From assembly GCF_001194135.2 (NCBI RefSeq), contig NC_068992.1, forward strand, positions 18,199,298 to 18,263,297: 64,000 bases of DNA. The letters run 5' to 3'. Positions 40,189 through 53,269 of this stretch are shown here, in pieces. The position numbers and the translations under genes are program-made. The notes under the pieces were generated by a model. It saw only the letters and a list, made by a program, of their open reading frames with translations, made no database searches and had not been told where the DNA came from. The first letter of the stretch is position 1. Each line of letters begins with the position of its first letter. The stretch is from Octopus bimaculoides (taxonomy: Eukaryota).

Positions 40189-41664
40189 CTAGAAGGTGAT
40201 GAGGAAAATTCGAAAACATACTTTCTGTTTAGTTAACTTCCTTCAAGTGTTTTTAGGTAAGAGAGACGTATGTATAAATTGGAATGGAAATCGATTACAC
40301 ACGAATTAAGTGAAATGAAACCGGCATCTTACTTTACGGCACACTTTGTTTCATATTAAATAACGCTTACTTTCTTCTGATTACACATAATGGGCCAATA
40401 TTTACCTCATAGAATTTAACTAAGGACTGTAAATCTAGCTTTGATTCGCATTAACATTTCTTCATTTCGGATTAAAAACGGAAAGTGATTTTTGGTTTAA
40501 AGGATTTCCTATTATATTTTTTTGATCTCCTGTGATTAAATAGTAACAATTATTGATTTCGCTTTTACAAAAGTCGATGTGGGGGATGTTCATACTTTAT
40601 AAGAATAAAGTAAGTAAATACATAAATTGATTTTACATCGACAGCACAATAGAATTTGATCACTGTCTGGAGATATTACTATGAGCTTACCTCGTGTTCT
40701 ACGAGACTGGCTGCTTCAGATTATATTAAATATTCAACTTGTTATTTTAAATTCTACTAAGAAATACATAAAGCAATTATTTAGAAGAAAAAGAAATAAT
40801 AATGTTAATGGAAAAATGAGCGAAGGTGGGTCTATATTGGGGATTTTCAGCAAAACGGTCATTCTTAAATCGGTAATTCTCGGCGAATGAAGGATGGGAT
40901 TAATAATTTCTGAAATAATCTTTCTTTTCATATAATAGCTAAAGTAGATGCTTTTCTTGCGTAAAAAGAAAGTGCCGTCTGTTTCTCTCTTTTTTTTTTA
41001 TCTATAATTTTATTTTTTATAGCAGTAGACAATGTAAACATTTTGTCTAAAACTTTAAAAAAACAAATAGATATTTTATATTTTTTAGTCTAAATTCTTG
41101 AACAATACAAACAGCCCGAACAATGTAAAACCACTTTGGAAAGAAACGAAACGAAACAAAAAATTAGTAACAAGTAAATAAATATTTTGAAGATACAAGG
41201 ATGGCAAATATATAAATGTCTCAGAGACTATTTAAATAAATATTTACAAATAAATACATCTCGTTCTTTTATGAAAGGATTGATGGACAAAAGGGTGCTT
41301 AACTACATTTTGAAACGATTTTACTAGTTTTAAAGTAAACAATGTGTATTTTGTCATGCAAAATGATTTCTTCGTTGATTGGCACCGTGCCAGCCAGATA
41401 AGATGTGTGGACATTCGTTTTGGCATGTCTTGGAGATAAGAATTATAGTCAATTTTAATATAGGCACAAGGACACAAATTGGTGGAGAATTTTGTTTAGT
41501 GGATTAAATCGATATGTGTATTGAAAGGAAACTGTATTATCGACCCTGGAAGGATGGACATTGATGTTGACCCAAGAATAAATGAACATCTTTAAACATT
41601 TTGCCTTGTAAACATATATAAAAATAACAATAACAATAATAATAATAATAATAATTATTATTAT

Positions 41665-41873
41665 TATTTCAAATTTTTGCCACAAGGGCTGCTTGGGAGG
41701 AGGTGGGAATAAGTCGATTACATCAACCACAGTGTTTCACTGGTACTTATTTTATTGATCCCGAAATGAGGAAAAATCGACCTCGGCGGAATTTGAACTC
41801 AGAACGTAGAGGACTAGCGAAATACATCTAAGCATTTCGACCAGCGTGCTAATGATTCTGCTAGTTCGTTGCC

Positions 41874-41877
<4 letters not shown>
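41665..41877 (-). mobile_element. SINE family B
   Basis: TCAAATTTTTGCCACAAGG...AAGTCGATTACATC...CGACCTCGGCGGAATTTGAACTCAGAACG...CTAATGATTCTGCTAG. Confidence 0.9.
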
Positions 41878-41940
<63 letters not shown>

Positions 41941-42055
41941 TTTGGGGCTCGGCTCAACTCGAAGCAGATAAAGGAGATAAGTGTAAGGCTGCCCGTGGAA
42001 TTCATCATTACTTCTCTTGTAAATATCGGCAGCCTTCGACAGTAATAATAATGAT

Positions 42056-42235
42056 GATTTCAAACTTTTGGCACAAGCCCAGTATGTCCATGAGAGTGGC
42101 TCAGTCGGTTACGATGCTCTCGTGGTAATTATTTCTCGACTCCGAAATGATGAAAGCAAAGTCGATCTCGGCAGAATTTGAACTCAGAACGTGAAGCCGA
42201 GCGAAATGCCACTAAGTGAATCTGTCAGCCTACCG
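42056..42235 (-). mobile_element. SINE family B
   Basis: CAAACTTTTGGCACAAG...GATGAAAGCAAAGTCGATCTCGGCAGAATTTGAACTCAGAACG. Confidence 0.85.
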
Positions 42236-42272
42236 GCTGCATACTATTACTACTGCTGCAGCTGCTGCTACA

Positions 42273-42321
<49 letters not shown>

Positions 42322-43257
42322 GTAATAATAATAATAATAATAATGTGCAATGATACATCGTGGACATCGTATGCATAATTACATCAACTCATATCACGTG
42401 GTTGTTACTTCAAAGGACAGCATTGGCCACACTGTGTATGTATTCTGTAGGACACCTACCGGTTTAGAAAAAAAACTAAGTAAATGAACAAAATAGAAAT
42501 AGATATAATAAAATGAGAATTAATATAGAGAAATCTCAGCTGCAGGAGATATCTCTTCAAGTCAAAGTAATGTTGTTAAACCAGCTTACAACTGAAGAAA
42601 TTTCAATATCGAACGAATTTAATGAACACTGTAATAGACTACGAACCAGGTGTCTCTATTCTTCCGTGGTATGAGACAATTACAAATAATTTATTCGACT
42701 TAAGCCTACATAAAACAAATTTTGTCTTGTTTTGAGCAAAAACTAACTTAAGAGATAGTAATTTTTTTTACCAATATTTGCGAACGATTTCTACATTCCT
42801 ATTCGAGATATCAAGCCTATGGGAAAATTTGTTATGTATTATAGTTGAAAACTGTCAGGAATTTCTCCTCTTAACGTAACAATTGACATGGCACAGTCCG
42901 TACTGGAGAGAATCATTCAATTCTCCAATTAAGAAAGAAAAAACAAACAGAAAAAACCTTACGACAAATACATAACCAGCCAATAGTTTATAATATATAA
43001 TATCCAATATTGATAATTAACCAAAGAACTGAACTGGTCCTCATTTATAGAGCCATACGTGATGTCGTTTTGTAAAATGCAAAGATAGTACAGTTTTCTT
43101 ATATTACATAACATGCAGCTGCATTGTGTTTTTATTTCTTCAACTATTTGAAATCTGCTGAGCATTCACGTATCGAAATACTGGTGTTCCGTCATGCAGC
43201 TATTATATACCAATAACATGACATGTTATCCCCAGATCGATACGCTCTCTAGGGAAG

Positions 43258-43269
43258 TGGGTGAGAGAA

Positions 43270-43348
<79 letters not shown>

Positions 43349-43450
43349 AAGAGAGAGAGATAGAGAGCGAAAGAGAGAGAGATAGACAGAGAGATGGAGA
43401 GAAATAAAGAGACCGAAAAACTGAGAGAACGCGAAAGAGAGAAAGAAAGA
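43258..43450. repeat. (GA)n microsatellite decaying into purine-rich sequence
   Basis: Direct observation. Confidence 0.9.
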
Positions 43451-44884
43451 CTGATAAAAAAATTGTTTTACAAGTTATAAGTTATAAGTATATCTATATC
43501 TGTTTTGTTCATTTACTTTGTTTTAAAAATTCATTAATTATTTTCAGTGTAAATGCAAATAGCTATACTATCTATTAAGCATTATAACAAAACCTACACA
43601 TTGCCATACAAAACAAAACAAGTGCATAGGCTATATTAAGACACACATCATCCCTATGACGAACAATCTTACCGAAAATTACATGCAGTAGATTCATCAA
43701 AAAGCTATACGATAACAAAATTCTTTTATGAAATGGAAGTAGTCGCTACATGTCTTAAACGAGATTATAAGCTGCAGTGCTTAGCTAAATGCAAAGTATA
43801 TATAGGACTTGGAAATATATATTATGTGGGGCTAATATATCTTATTTAGACTCGGGGAAGTAAACAAACACGTAAAAAAAACCTGCGTTAATAATACTAA
43901 TTCGAGATGTCCAAAGTTGAGGCGATGAATATTAATTACGTAGATACATTGTTTAACAACAGATAGAAAGTGTAGTTCTAGGTTTGATAGTTGAAACACA
44001 GTCAAGATATTGTTTTTTTTTAATACTCAAAATAGAAACATGATCTTGAGCCAAAATTTGAAACACTATTGATAAAACAATATCCGAAATTCTGTTCCAT
44101 ATTGGGAAATTCTAGACCTCTACTACCAAAAGCCACCTTTCCCGAAAGTTAGAATTAATAATGACATAGTAAGAACCGCGCTATTAACGTAATATTTCCG
44201 CCAGAGTGACAGTGCTTTCCGACTCTGCAAGAGGGAAATATCAAAATGATACGTTTGATGTTGTGATGGGCTAGTTTCATGGAGAAAATATCTCTGGTCT
44301 AGTCGAATTATTCATCATAGATCAGCTTACATCTAAATTTATTACTTTAGAATTAAGACTACACAGAAGTTAATGTTTAGCAATTTGTTACACATAAAGG
44401 AAATAATCAACATATAAATCATTAATTGGTACGTTTAAAGAGCTACAACTTAATATCGCAATAACTACAAAATATAATGGCAACTAAATAAATGTTATCT
44501 TAGATCTTAACACACGTAAACACAAACCATATATAAATAATATACGATTTGGTTTGCTTTAACAAAATCTCCCCTTGCAGACCACCATCATTAAATATCG
44601 TGTCAGCCTTTTTAATAGATATAACCTCTAGTATATTACGAAACAAACATTTTTTTGATCAAGCTGCAAGTGACGATTTCAAAACACCGTAGATAAAAAC
44701 AAAACAAAATAAATAAAAGGAATAAAACAAATTTGCTTCCATACTCGAATCGCTTCCAGTTAATGACACAAAGAAAGACATACTGAAAATCTGTAATAGT
44801 AATGAAATGAAGTTCGATATGAAATGCATTTTCCATAATAATTTCTTAAAACACATTTTGAAATATTTTCCAACGAGATGTAAA

Positions 44885-45060
44885 ATATTGGCATCAAATT
44901 TTGGCACAGGGCCAGCAATTTCGGGGGAAGGAATAAGTCGAATACATCGACCCCGGTACACAACTGGTACTTAATTCATGGACCCCGGCGGAATTCAAAC
45001 TCAGAATGTAATGTAAAAGAACTAAATAACTGCCACAATCCAGACGGCTGTGCTAACTCT
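44885..45060 (-). mobile_element. SINE family B (deleted)
   Basis: CAAATTTTGGCACAGGGCCAGCAATTT...ACATCGACCCC...CAACTGGTACTT...GGCGGAATTCAAACTCAGAA. Confidence 0.8.
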
Positions 45061-45254
45061 GATATCAACGCAGTCAGAGGCATATTTCCGTTCACATTAG
45101 TGTCCATAAAGTGTCAAAATGCCCAACGTGCTGTTTATAGTTTCCTCACATCTGCATGATACCTCTGATATTTCGTAGCACTGAATTCTAACAGTATGTA
45201 GAAACAATTTTATATTTCATTATTTATCCCTTGTTTAAGTTGAGGAGCGTTCAG

Positions 45255-45585
45255 AACTGTTAGAACATTGAAGAAAATGTTTAGTAGCATTTCGTCCATC
45301 GTTACTTGTTGGGTTCAGATGTCGTCAAGGTCAAAATTGCCTTTCATAATTTCGGATGAGTTCGGCACTGGAGTGGGTGTTATCAACCAGCCTCCTCCCC
45401 CGATATTTTAAGCCTTCTGATTACAGGAGAAAGCATTATTTATTCTTTATTAAGAACGTTTTCATGTTTTTAATTCTCAAAGTTACAATTATGAATTTGA
45501 AAAAAAAGGGGGTGAGCTGGCAGAATCGTTAATACACAGTGCTTAGCAACATTTCGTCTGTCTCCGTGTTCTGAGTTCAAACAGC
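45255..45585 (+). mobile_element. Two degenerate SINE family B fragments (45255-45420 and head at 45508-45585)
   Basis: GCATTTCGTCC...GGTCAAAATTGCCTTTCAT, and GGTGAGCTGGCAGAATCGTTA...GTTCTGAGTTCAAA. Confidence 0.7.
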
Positions 45586-45626
45586 ATAATTATATTAGTA
45601 ATACACCATAAAGTAAAATGTTTAAG

Positions 45627-45627
45627 A

Positions 45628-45679
<52 letters not shown>

Positions 45680-45681
45680 GC

Positions 45682-45712
<31 letters not shown>

Positions 45713-45749
45713 CTTGTTTTACTTCTCAAAGCGTTCTGTGGGAGCGGAC

Positions 45750-45836
<87 letters not shown>

Positions 45837-45923
45837 TATTATTGTTGTTTTTGTTGTTGTTGTTGTTTTACTTAGACCATTCCGTGAGAGCGGACTATAA
45901 TTATAATTAAAATTATTATTATG

Positions 45924-46015
<92 letters not shown>

Positions 46016-46016
46016 C
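45627..46016. repeat. Compound (TTA)/(TTG)/(AAT)/(CAT) microsatellite with two related ~40-bp spacers
   Basis: Direct observation; spacers at 45716-45755 and 45865-45901. Confidence 0.92.
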
Positions 46017-48029
46017 ATAAACATTAAATTCAATTCAATTGAACTCTTTGCAGACATGAATCCAAGATAGAAATGCTATGCACGGATCTGCACACGTGCA
46101 CAATCTTCTCTTTGATTTTTGTTTATAAAATGTCTAAATTAATTAAGTTTACTGTTTATAATCGAAAATCTTAAACGTTTTAGTTTATCTCTTCAGTATA
46201 TTCCAGCGAAAAATAAATTACATTATTTATATTCCATCAAGTCTGACTGCTGTCAAACTAAAGCTTAATAAATTTTAATGGAATTTAGTACCTGAAAAAT
46301 CCCTGACGGGAATTTAGCACGGAGTTACATACATCTAATAAATGAGCTTCCATGTGATCGTAGAAATTGCTAGAAATAGATCATAACTTCCCTCACACCA
46401 CACTATACACGAAGACAAATGCAAAGGATATATTCAATATTTCAATCGTTGATATACGGAAATCGTCAAGACGAAAATATCACACACCATAGGTCTGTCA
46501 GATTAGCGCTACCAGGGGCTAGAAAAACTGCTGAAGTAAATGTTATAACAAAAGCAACAACAACAACTCTAGTAACAAAAGCAAATGAGAAAACCCAACA
46601 CTCACTGAAGCATCATTGCTATTAACTCTATCAGTTGCATATTTATTGATTAATTCAAAGTCACGACTTAACGACATGAACGATTAATTGTTTAACAGTA
46701 TAAAATTTCTTTATTTACAAATATAACCGCGACGAGATTTGAATTGTAAATGAAAGATTTGTAACCGAACAAATTAAGTTATTTGCCAAGCGTGCTGTCG
46801 ATTCGGGTGCACTAACAGTAACATGCTAGTATCACATTTTCATAATACATTTCGCTAAATCCAATACTTATTACAGAAGGAACATGTATTGATGAACCAC
46901 CAAAGAGGGCGGGAAAACTAAGCTTTTCGCATTTGCTTATATTACTAGAGTTGTAGTTTTAGCCCAATGTTGACCATGAATAAGCAGACGAATGACCTGA
47001 AACATGCCAGCTTTAACCATCCTGTTTTTTTTTTGTTGTTGTTGTGTATATCAGTGACTAAAATATTCACCTTTAATATTCAATACGTTCTTTACATGTT
47101 TCTTAAAGTACTGTGTGGAATGAGGGAAACGTATCTATCATATGCACACAGTCGCTTAATAATCTTGGGAAAGACCCAAATAATCCAAAATTAAGACCTA
47201 TCGCCTCAAATCAAGGATGGAAATGTTAACTAATGTTAAATAATATAGACGTACATGGCAAATACAAAAAGTTGAGGCCTGAATTATCGTTGACCGTAGA
47301 TCATCTTAAGCCGGATTGATCTAAGTTGGAAACAATTCCATAAGAATGAAAACGAAAAATCGCTTCGAGAGGATTTAGATGCTAAACTTAAAAAATGCAT
47401 CATGCAACAGTTTTCCTATACGTATTAATATAAACACAAATCCTGCGTCTGTGTGACACTAGCAAAACTTAATTTTAAGCCTATTGAAAGACAGTTTAGC
47501 CGATTAGCAGAAAAATTAAATTCAGAATATGAACAGAAATTATGAAAGATTCACGATTTTAATTTTTAAATAACATTATCTTCTGTATTAATATTTTTGT
47601 CGTCAATTATTCATATTGTCGTATATAATATTCAGATACAATCACTCTCCGTTTCATAAATCGGCTTAATTTGTTTTTTTTGTAATTTATTTGAATAATT
47701 ATAAAAAAACTTTTCTTTATAATAAAGAGTGTGGTTATGAATTTCATTTTGTAAAATTGTTGTTCTAGATTCGATCCCACAAATAACAAACAACCAAATA
47801 ACTTTTATTACAATTGACGAACACATAGTGGGTAAATAAATATTAGGTAGGCTGATACTGAGCGAAAGTCGATTATCATGTAACAGTTGACCTGTTCGTG
47901 TCTTCAAGAAGCTCCTCTGAATTTACGGAACTTGATCGAGATTTGCAATCCTGGAAACATTTTCTACGATTCTGTCTGTAATACACCTCTCTATTACTCT
48001 TAGGCAAGTGATTTGATAAGCAAACACCT

Positions 48030-48395
48030 GATGCTAGTAAGGTTGCAGGCCAATATGACTGCATATTTCGATTCCCAGATCGGGCGGTGTGAGTGTTTAT
48101 TGAGCGAAAACACCTGAAGCTCCACGAGGCTCCGACAGGGCATGGTGTCGAACCCTGCTGTACTCTTTCACCACAACTTTCTCTCACTCTTCCTTCCTGT
48201 TTCTGTTGTGCCCGTAATTCAAAGGGTCAGCCTTGCCACACTGTGTCACATTGAATATCCCTGAGAACTACATTAAGGGTACACGTGTCTGTGGAGTGCT
48301 CAGCCACTTGCACGTTAATATCACGAGCAGGCTGTTCCGTTGATCAGATCAACTGGAACCCCCGACGTCGTAAGCGATTGAGTGCCAACAACAAC
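48030..48395 (+). mobile_element. SINE family C
   Basis: TTTCGATTCCCAGA...GAGTGTTTATTGAGCGAAAACAC...GTGCTCAGCCACTTGCAC...GAGTGCCAACAACAAC; homologous to 20960-21339, with a (CAA)n tail. Confidence 0.87.
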
Positions 48396-48914
48396 ATATA
48401 GATAATGTATGACATTATCTGAAACTCCTGAGGGGAATTAAACATATGTAAGGGAAGGTACTGTCATCGAGTACACTAATTTGCGTCTCGATACAACTTC
48501 GCAGTCTCTCTTATATTTGCAAATTGGTATAAATGAGGGTTGCAATTGTTGTGTTATGTTACACATCGGGGAAAGAGAACGTCTGTACATATAGTTGTGC
48601 AATATTTTATATACGTATGCATCTATNNNNNNNNNNNNNNNNNNNNNNNNNNNNNNNNNNNNNNNNNNNNNNNNNNNNNNNNNNNNNNNNNNNNNNNNNN
48701 NNNNNNNNNNNNNNNNNNNNNNNNNNNNNNNNNNNNNNNNNNNNNNNNNNNNNNNNNNNNNNNNNNNNNNNNNNNNNNNNNNNNNNNNNNNNNNNNNNNN
48801 NNNNNNNNNTGAAATAAGAATTTACAAATATCACAAAGCACGAAAGTTTTGTGCACATGAGTCATCAAACTTCTAGGACTCACTTTGTGAGTTCTTGCGA
48901 TTAAAGCTTATGTG

Positions 48915-48957
<43 letters not shown>

Positions 48958-49471
48958 TTACACATGCTGTGTGTGCGTGCGTGCGTGTGTGCATGTGTGT
49001 ATGTGTGTGTGATGTTTCACTGAATTAAAAAAAGTACATTTTTGAAATCAAATTCTTATTGTACACATTGAATATGTACACAGAATAAAATCGGAATAGT
49101 TATTCAGCAACAGTTTTCTCACAGATTTAACTACTTCTATAGGTATTCGAACAATAAAACAAGCAAAATACCTAAGGGTCACGTTAGGATACAATGCAGC
49201 CAACCCACGGGATCTTTGTCTACCGAGAAAATTGTTCAAAACACTCTTTTCCATTAACGACAGTGTGAAACACAAGCTTTATGCAAGTAAATGCACCTTG
49301 CAACTATTATAGAGTTCACGTCACTAGTTGCCCTGAATGGATATAGATACATGTGCATGCGTGTATGTGTGTATGTATGCGTGTGCATGTGTATGTGTGT
49401 GTGCTCGCGCGCGCGTGCATCCGTGTGTATATCTGTATGTATATGTGTATTAACATATTTATATTTGTATG

Positions 49472-49518
<47 letters not shown>

Positions 49519-49660
49519 ACCTGAAGCAGTTATCTCTTCTTAAAGCGAACCTTCACCCCACATCTATTTCTTAACAAACTCTCTCTCCTTCTCTTAATCC
49601 GAAAGCAAATGTAGGTTGCAGCACCAACTGGCCCCATTGAAAACATTAACTCCATATATA

Positions 49661-50550
49661 TACACAAGTGCGATATGAACATTGTCGCCATTTTATACTT
49701 CTACTTTTGTGCATGCGGTTGGCTGGTTTTTTATTTAGTCAACTACGCAGTATAGTAGGGTCAGCTAGGAACCGTCTGTGAGAAAAACACAAACTATGAA
49801 GTAATTTGCTCTGCTAGAAATTTGAAAACGACATACTGTTGTGCTTGCCATTCGCACCAGATGTCCCAATATAAATATTTCAGTGTATTTGGGTGTCAAT
49901 CTGAGGACAATACAACCTGAGGACATGTATCGAGAGTGATACAAATCAAAATTCCCGTCAATATCATGGTGTTTGGAGTGTTTACTAGCGATGGTGACGT
50001 TATGCTCCCATTCATCTCCCCACACGGCCGCAGATTCAACAAGGAGGCCTACATCAAATGCCTGGAGGAGGTAGTGATGCCCAGGGTCAAGAGGGTGGCT
50101 GCTGGAACACCCGAAGTCTGATCACAGGAATCTGCACCATGCCACACAAGCAAGAGAACCGAGTCATGGTTGTCAGACAGTTTCTGAGAACACATCATCC
50201 CTAACATTTGGCCACCTTAACATGCCAGGCTGTAACCTCCTTGATTATTATGTGTGGGGCGCTGTTGTGCGAGAGAGCTACAAAACTCCTTGTAACACCA
50301 AAGATGAACTGAAGGCAAAGAATATGGCAGCATTCACCAACTGAAACAAGGAGACCGTCAATAAGAGTTGCAGGAGATTCTGAAGTCGTCTGGAGATCGT
50401 GGTTGAACCCAATGTTGATTTTATTGAGCAAACTACTTTTTAGTATTTCAAGAAATGTTTATGAAATTTTGGTAAATATATCTATTAAAATGAGTTGTCA
50501 GTGATATTTTCATTTTTGTGTAATTTAGACGACAGTTTATTCAGTGCACA
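49661..50550 (+). mobile_element. Internally deleted Tc1/mariner-superfamily element, probably maT (DD37D)
   Basis: N-terminal KRHTVVLAIR..LGVNLRTIQ, then VNIMVFGVFTSDGDVMLPF..EAYIKCLEEVV, QESAPCHTSKRTESWLSD..IWPP..CNLLDYYVWG. The spacing between the second and third catalytic positions is about 37 aa after one frameshift. Degenerate terminal repeats at both ends. Confidence 0.82.
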
Positions 50551-50564
50551 CACACACACACACA

Positions 50565-50605
<41 letters not shown>

Positions 50606-50814
50606 TTCATATAAACTAAATACACAAAGTAGGCTTTATACTTGAATTTTATATTTTGTAATTTAATAGAAAATGTGTAATATATATAATGTGATAACTT
50701 ATGTTAACTTTCATTAAGTAACAGTTCTTATTTAAATTATATTTTATTTTTTCTTTTCATAATTCCAAACCTGTACTTTCGTTTTCCTCTGAGTACTTTT
50801 CAGAAATATTTCAA

Positions 50815-50990
50815 ATGATAATAATGATTTCAGATTTTTGCCACAAGGGCGTAACTGGTACTTATTTAATGGACTCCGAAAGGATGAGTCGACCTCGGCT
50901 GAACTTGAACCCAGAACGTAGCGAAGCGCGTAATATCGCTAAGCACATCGTCCAGCTTACTAACGATTCTGCCAGCTCACCGCCTTATTT
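50815..50990 (-). mobile_element. SINE family B (deleted), flanked by imperfect ATTTCAA..AATAATAATGAT duplications
   Basis: CAGATTTTTGCCACAAGG...GTCGACCTCGGC...CTGCCAGCTCACCGCCTT. Confidence 0.85.
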
Positions 50991-51292
50991 CAATTAATAA
51001 TAATGATGTGCTGAATAATATATTCCTAGGGAAAGTTGGAGGTTTGAAAATGATTATTGTAAGTTCGATCAAATTAACAGAAATCAATAATTGAAGAATA
51101 TGAAACTTCACTAAGAGTTACCATAAACAGGTTTGGATTACCACATTTAATTATTAAGCAATATCATATATCAGAGTAGTTGGTAATGAATAATAAGAGA
51201 ACAAAACGTTCGTCTATATTTAAGTAATGTTGTTAATCTCGAAACATACATAAAGTTTCAATTGGCACCGCCGTTTTCATCTTGTGATAATT

Positions 51293-51722
51293 CTCTTCTA
51301 CTCTAGGCACAAGACCCGAAAGTGTTGGAGAGGGAGCCAGTCGATTACCCCGATCTCAGTTACGCAGCTGGTATTTAATTAATCGACCCTGAAAGGATGA
51401 AAGGCAAAGTCGACATCGGTGGAATTTGAGTTCAGAACAAGAGGACAGACGAAATACCGCTAAGCATGTCGCCCGGCGTGCTAACGTTTCTTATTTCTTT
51501 ACTGCCCACAAGGGGCTACATACATATGGGACAAGGAAGGATAGACAAACGGATTAAGTCTATTATATCGACCTCAGTGCGTTACTGGTACTTATTTAAT
51601 AGACCCCGTAATGATTAAAGGCAAAGTCGACCTCAGCGGAAATTGAACTCAGAACGTAGCGGCAGAAGAAATACCGCTAAGCATTTTACCCGGCGTGCTA
51701 ACATTTCTGCCAGCTCGCGGTC
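51293..51722 (-). mobile_element. Dimeric SINE family B element with 18-bp target-site duplication
   Basis: Two tandem B cores joined by CTAACGTTTCTTATTTCTTTA..CCCACAAGGGGCTA. TSD TTTCATCTTGTGATAATT at 51275-51292 and 51723-51740. Confidence 0.92.
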
Positions 51723-52634
51723 TTTCATCTTGTGATAATTATGTCAATAGCGGGAGATAAAGTTTGAAGATAGGAACAATTCCATAGCCATATATGTAAT
51801 ACGTACAACTGTTCTGTAAAATACGCCGGTGAAATTCACAGATCTAGGTTTATTTATTTCAGATTACCTTACGTTAGCAAATAGGAATACACTAGACGTA
51901 TAATATAATCAGTTCTTCACAAGTTTGAAATACTGAGAAAAACGGTAATCGATTTAACCTTATTTAGAAGTATAGGGTGGCGAATTGCGTGTTATAATGT
52001 GTCGCTGTGTTCACCTTCCCCTCCAGTGGATTGAAATATTAATAATTCAATCGACTGCACTATAATACCTATGTTATTTTGCTTTAAATATTATCATTTC
52101 ATGAATAGTTGATACCTTACACTAGACCCGAAATGTCGTGTTAGATTTCGTCAAATGAGTGAATATTGCCAGTAAATATAAATTAGAGCTCAAGTTAACC
52201 AAGTGGTTTTATATCAATATTCACTTTCAGGTGATGGCAGCGCTGTGAATTGTTAAATATCCTTCTTAGAGTTTATGACTTCGAGGCATGTCAACGCAAT
52301 ATGACTAAATAATATTGTTTGAAACGAATGAAACTACTTCGGGGACTTACATATAAACTTTCACTGTTATTTATACGAAACCTATGACAAATACTTGTGA
52401 AATTTATGAGTATCGTTCTATAAGTTAATCTATTTCAGAATATGTCTACTTTTAATACATTAATTTATAACATACTAAGATATAATATGAAGACACGGAC
52501 GTGGAAAAAATATGAATAAATTTCCTCTTTACTTTACGGTACGTTTTCGAAAAGATTATTTCAACACAGTTCTGGCCACGTTGGGCTTCCATAATTCCTA
52601 GGAATAATAAAATGCGCAACAGAAATATATATTA

Positions 52635-52845
52635 GTTTCAGGTTTTGGCACAAGGTCTGCAATGTTGGGGAGGGGGTAAGTCGATTACATTGACCTCAGT
52701 GCTCAACTGGTACTGATTTTATCGACCCCAAAAGAATGACAGTAAAGTCGACCTCAGTGGTATTTGAACACAGAACGTTAAAAACAGATAAAAAGCCGTT
52801 AAGCATTTTGCCTGGCGTGCTAACACTTTTCTCAACGCACCACCT
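52635..52845 (-). mobile_element. SINE family B
   Basis: TTTTGGCACAAGG...TAAGTCGATTACATTGACCTCAGTGCTCAACTGGTAC...AAAGTCGACCTCAG...GGCGTGCTAAC. Confidence 0.88.
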
Positions 52846-53166
52846 CAAACACACTTGCAAAGGCAAGGTGGTTTACGTATAACTCTATCTTTCGCGAAAC
52901 TTATAAACCGTGGAAGAATGAAATATCACGCAATATTACTGGTGTCTAACACTATTGAGGCTGACATAGTATGCAAGGTAGGTGTAGTCAATAAAGTCGA
53001 CTCCAGTTTTTGATTGGTGATTAACTTTTCGATGAGGGAAGATGATACTGAATCTGCCACGGAACTCAGAGCCTAAGAAGACTCAAATAAATACAACTAA
53101 ACTTCTAATAAATACACTCATATCCTTTCAGCTGGGCAAATAATACTCATTAATTATTGACCTTGT

Positions 53167-53269
53167 TTGCTGATACTTTGCTCTCAAAAGTTTTATTATT
53201 TTCATTCATTTGTTATTGATAATTGTTATTCACTTGCATGATTCGTAATTGTTACTCTATATTATTTGG
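53167..53269 (+). repeat. 103-bp AT-rich direct repeat, copy 1
   Basis: Ungapped alignment to 55291-55393, 93/103 identical by manual count. Confidence 0.88.

Noticed and set aside
45627-46016. Repeat-spacer pattern superficially like a CRISPR array
   Set aside because: Eukaryotic compound microsatellite with no constant-length repeats, no unique spacers and no cas genes.
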